Source: Minisyncoccia bacterium (lineage in GTDB: Bacteria; Patescibacteriota; Minisyncoccia; Phycocordibacterales; UBA9973). Taken from it: DNA of 39,759 nucleotides. Position numbers and translations under genes: made by a program. The stretch spans positions 1-39,759 of the forward strand of contig JBBQGF010000003.1 in the NCBI GenBank assembly GCA_038322745.1, given 5' to 3'. This document shows positions 38,654 through 39,759 of this stretch, one piece after another (positions within the stretch are counted from its first letter, which is position 1; each line of letters begins with the position of its first letter). The notes below the pieces were generated by a model that saw nothing but the letters and a program-made list of their open reading frames with translations, made no database searches and had not been told where the DNA came from.

Positions 38654-39759
38654 ATGAAAAAACAAACTACTAAAAAAATAATTTCTTTTTTTATTATTTT
38701 TATTTTAATAGTGTCTGTATTTCAAAATATCCCAAGTGTAAATGCTGCGAATGAGAGCAGCATTGGGAATCTTTATTCTAATCCAAACCAGAGCAATAAA
38801 TTCTCATATAAATTTAAAATTAAAGATGTTGTTAATTCAACAATGCTTACAAATGTAGTTGGTTGTACGGGGATAGTAAATAGAGTATCAGCTTGGATGT
38901 TAAAATTTGTTCAGTCTCCATTTAAAATGGCAAAAGCTGCTGAAGAAGAATTTCAAAGAACAAAAGCTCAACTAGTAGAAGCTTGTAAAACCGTTAAAGC
39001 TGCTGAAGAAGGAGGTGCTCAAAGTATTCCAGTAATTGGAGGATTAGCACCAGCAGTTGATACAGCATTATCAAAAATCGAAGCTTGTAAATCAGATGGT
39101 ACCGTAAAAGATGATAAGGCTATTAAAGAAGCAATTGATGCTAAAACTGCAACAACTGCCAGAGATTTCAAGGAACAATGTTTTGATGGAATAGCAATAA
39201 CTCTCGCCAAAAATCAATTAACGGCCCTGACTCGTAGTGCTATGAATTGGGTAAATTCTGGATATGGTGGTAATCCATTCTTTGTTCAAAATATGCAAAA
39301 TTTGACCAATAAAATAGAGAGGAATGTAATCGAAACAGGAATAGATGTACTCTTAAATCCTGGCAACGAAAATCCGTATGCTAGAGATTTTGCTAAATCA
39401 ACAATTTATACAAAAGGAATAGTATCTAGCTCTGCTGGATTTCTCGGTGGACTCTCGTCAAGCTTAGAAAATTTCGTTACTGACCCACAATCATATTATA
39501 CAGACGAACAACTCCAGGGTGCCCAAAACACAGAAACAGCATTGCAAAAAGCAAGGAGAATGAATGATGCATTTGCAAGAGATTTCTCTCTTGGGGGGTG
39601 GAATGGGTGGCTCGCTTTAACACAAAAAGAAAACAACAATCCACTAGGTTTCAATATGGTTGCAAATCAATATTTAGCTGAAATGCAAGCAAATAAAGTA
39701 AGTGAACAAAAAAGTGAATTAGCTCAAAATAATGGATTTATGAGTCAGAAAGAATGTAT
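38654..39759 (+). CDS. Secreted hypothetical protein, partial (runs off window end)
   Basis: Not in the ORF track. MKKQTTKKIISFFIIFILIVSVF... signal peptide, open to the end; motifs WVNSGYGGNPFFV, DFSLGGWNGW, NNPLG, GFMSQKEC. TGGTATAAT lies upstream. Confidence 0.85.
   Translation, partial: MKKQTTKKIISFFIIFILIVSVFQNIPSVNAANESSIGNLYSNPNQSNKFSYKFKIKDVVNSTMLTNVVGCTGIVNRVSAWMLKFVQSPFKMAKAAEEEFQRTKAQLVEACKTVKAAEEGGAQSIPVIGGLAPAVDTALSKIEACKSDGTVKDDKAIKEAIDAKTATTARDFKEQCFDGIAITLAKNQLTALTRSAMNWVNSGYGGNPFFVQNMQNLTNKIERNVIETGIDVLLNPGNENPYARDFAKSTIYTKGIVSSSAGFLGGLSSSLENFVTDPQSYYTDEQLQGAQNTETALQKARRMNDAFARDFSLGGWNGWLALTQKENNNPLGFNMVANQYLAEMQANKVSEQKSELAQNNGFMSQKEC

Noticed and set aside
1692-39210. Short antisense or overlapping ORFs in the track (e.g. 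8779-9156, 18274-18750, 31370-31771)
   Set aside because: Shadows of well-supported genes, with no independent coding signal.
1-39759. Alternative genetic code 25 (TGA = Gly)
   Set aside because: Conserved genes are full-length under code 11, and the ZIP and yraN genes end at TGA.

Overview
AT-rich chromosomal window using genetic code 11 (TGA acts as stop), with almost no Shine-Dalgarno motifs and tRNA genes that lack an encoded CCA. The gene content and protein style suggest Patescibacteria/CPR (Parcubacteria-like); this taxonomic call is an inference. Housekeeping genes are nusA, hppA, tig, clpP, rny, HU, Fur/Zur plus a ZIP transporter, yraN, a CCA-adding enzyme, xth, a Xer recombinase, rpsO, a NYN protein, pnp, a DksA/TraR protein, comM, a LysM-M23 protein, pcrA/uvrD and rsmA. 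There are also four tRNAs and several large surface or secreted proteins. The most interesting signals are non-coding or cryptic. (1) A candidate replication origin at about 16.5-16.9 kb with no dnaA nearby, carrying inverted DnaA boxes and seven parS-like sites, several embedded in coding sequence. (2) A mirror-image copy of the tRNA-Pro 3' end joined to a tandem T-loop/hairpin element bounded by 15-bp direct repeats. (3) A RAYT-type HUH nuclease flanked by REP-like palindromes, one in its promoter spacer and one at the rsmA 5' end, plus an unrelated palindrome in frame inside rsmA. (4) A structured, 6S-like RNA upstream of rny. (5) Tandem surface-protein paralogues sharing promoter and N-terminus but with different C-termini. 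(6) A 1.3-kaa DHH-motif protein with hydrophobic hairpins.
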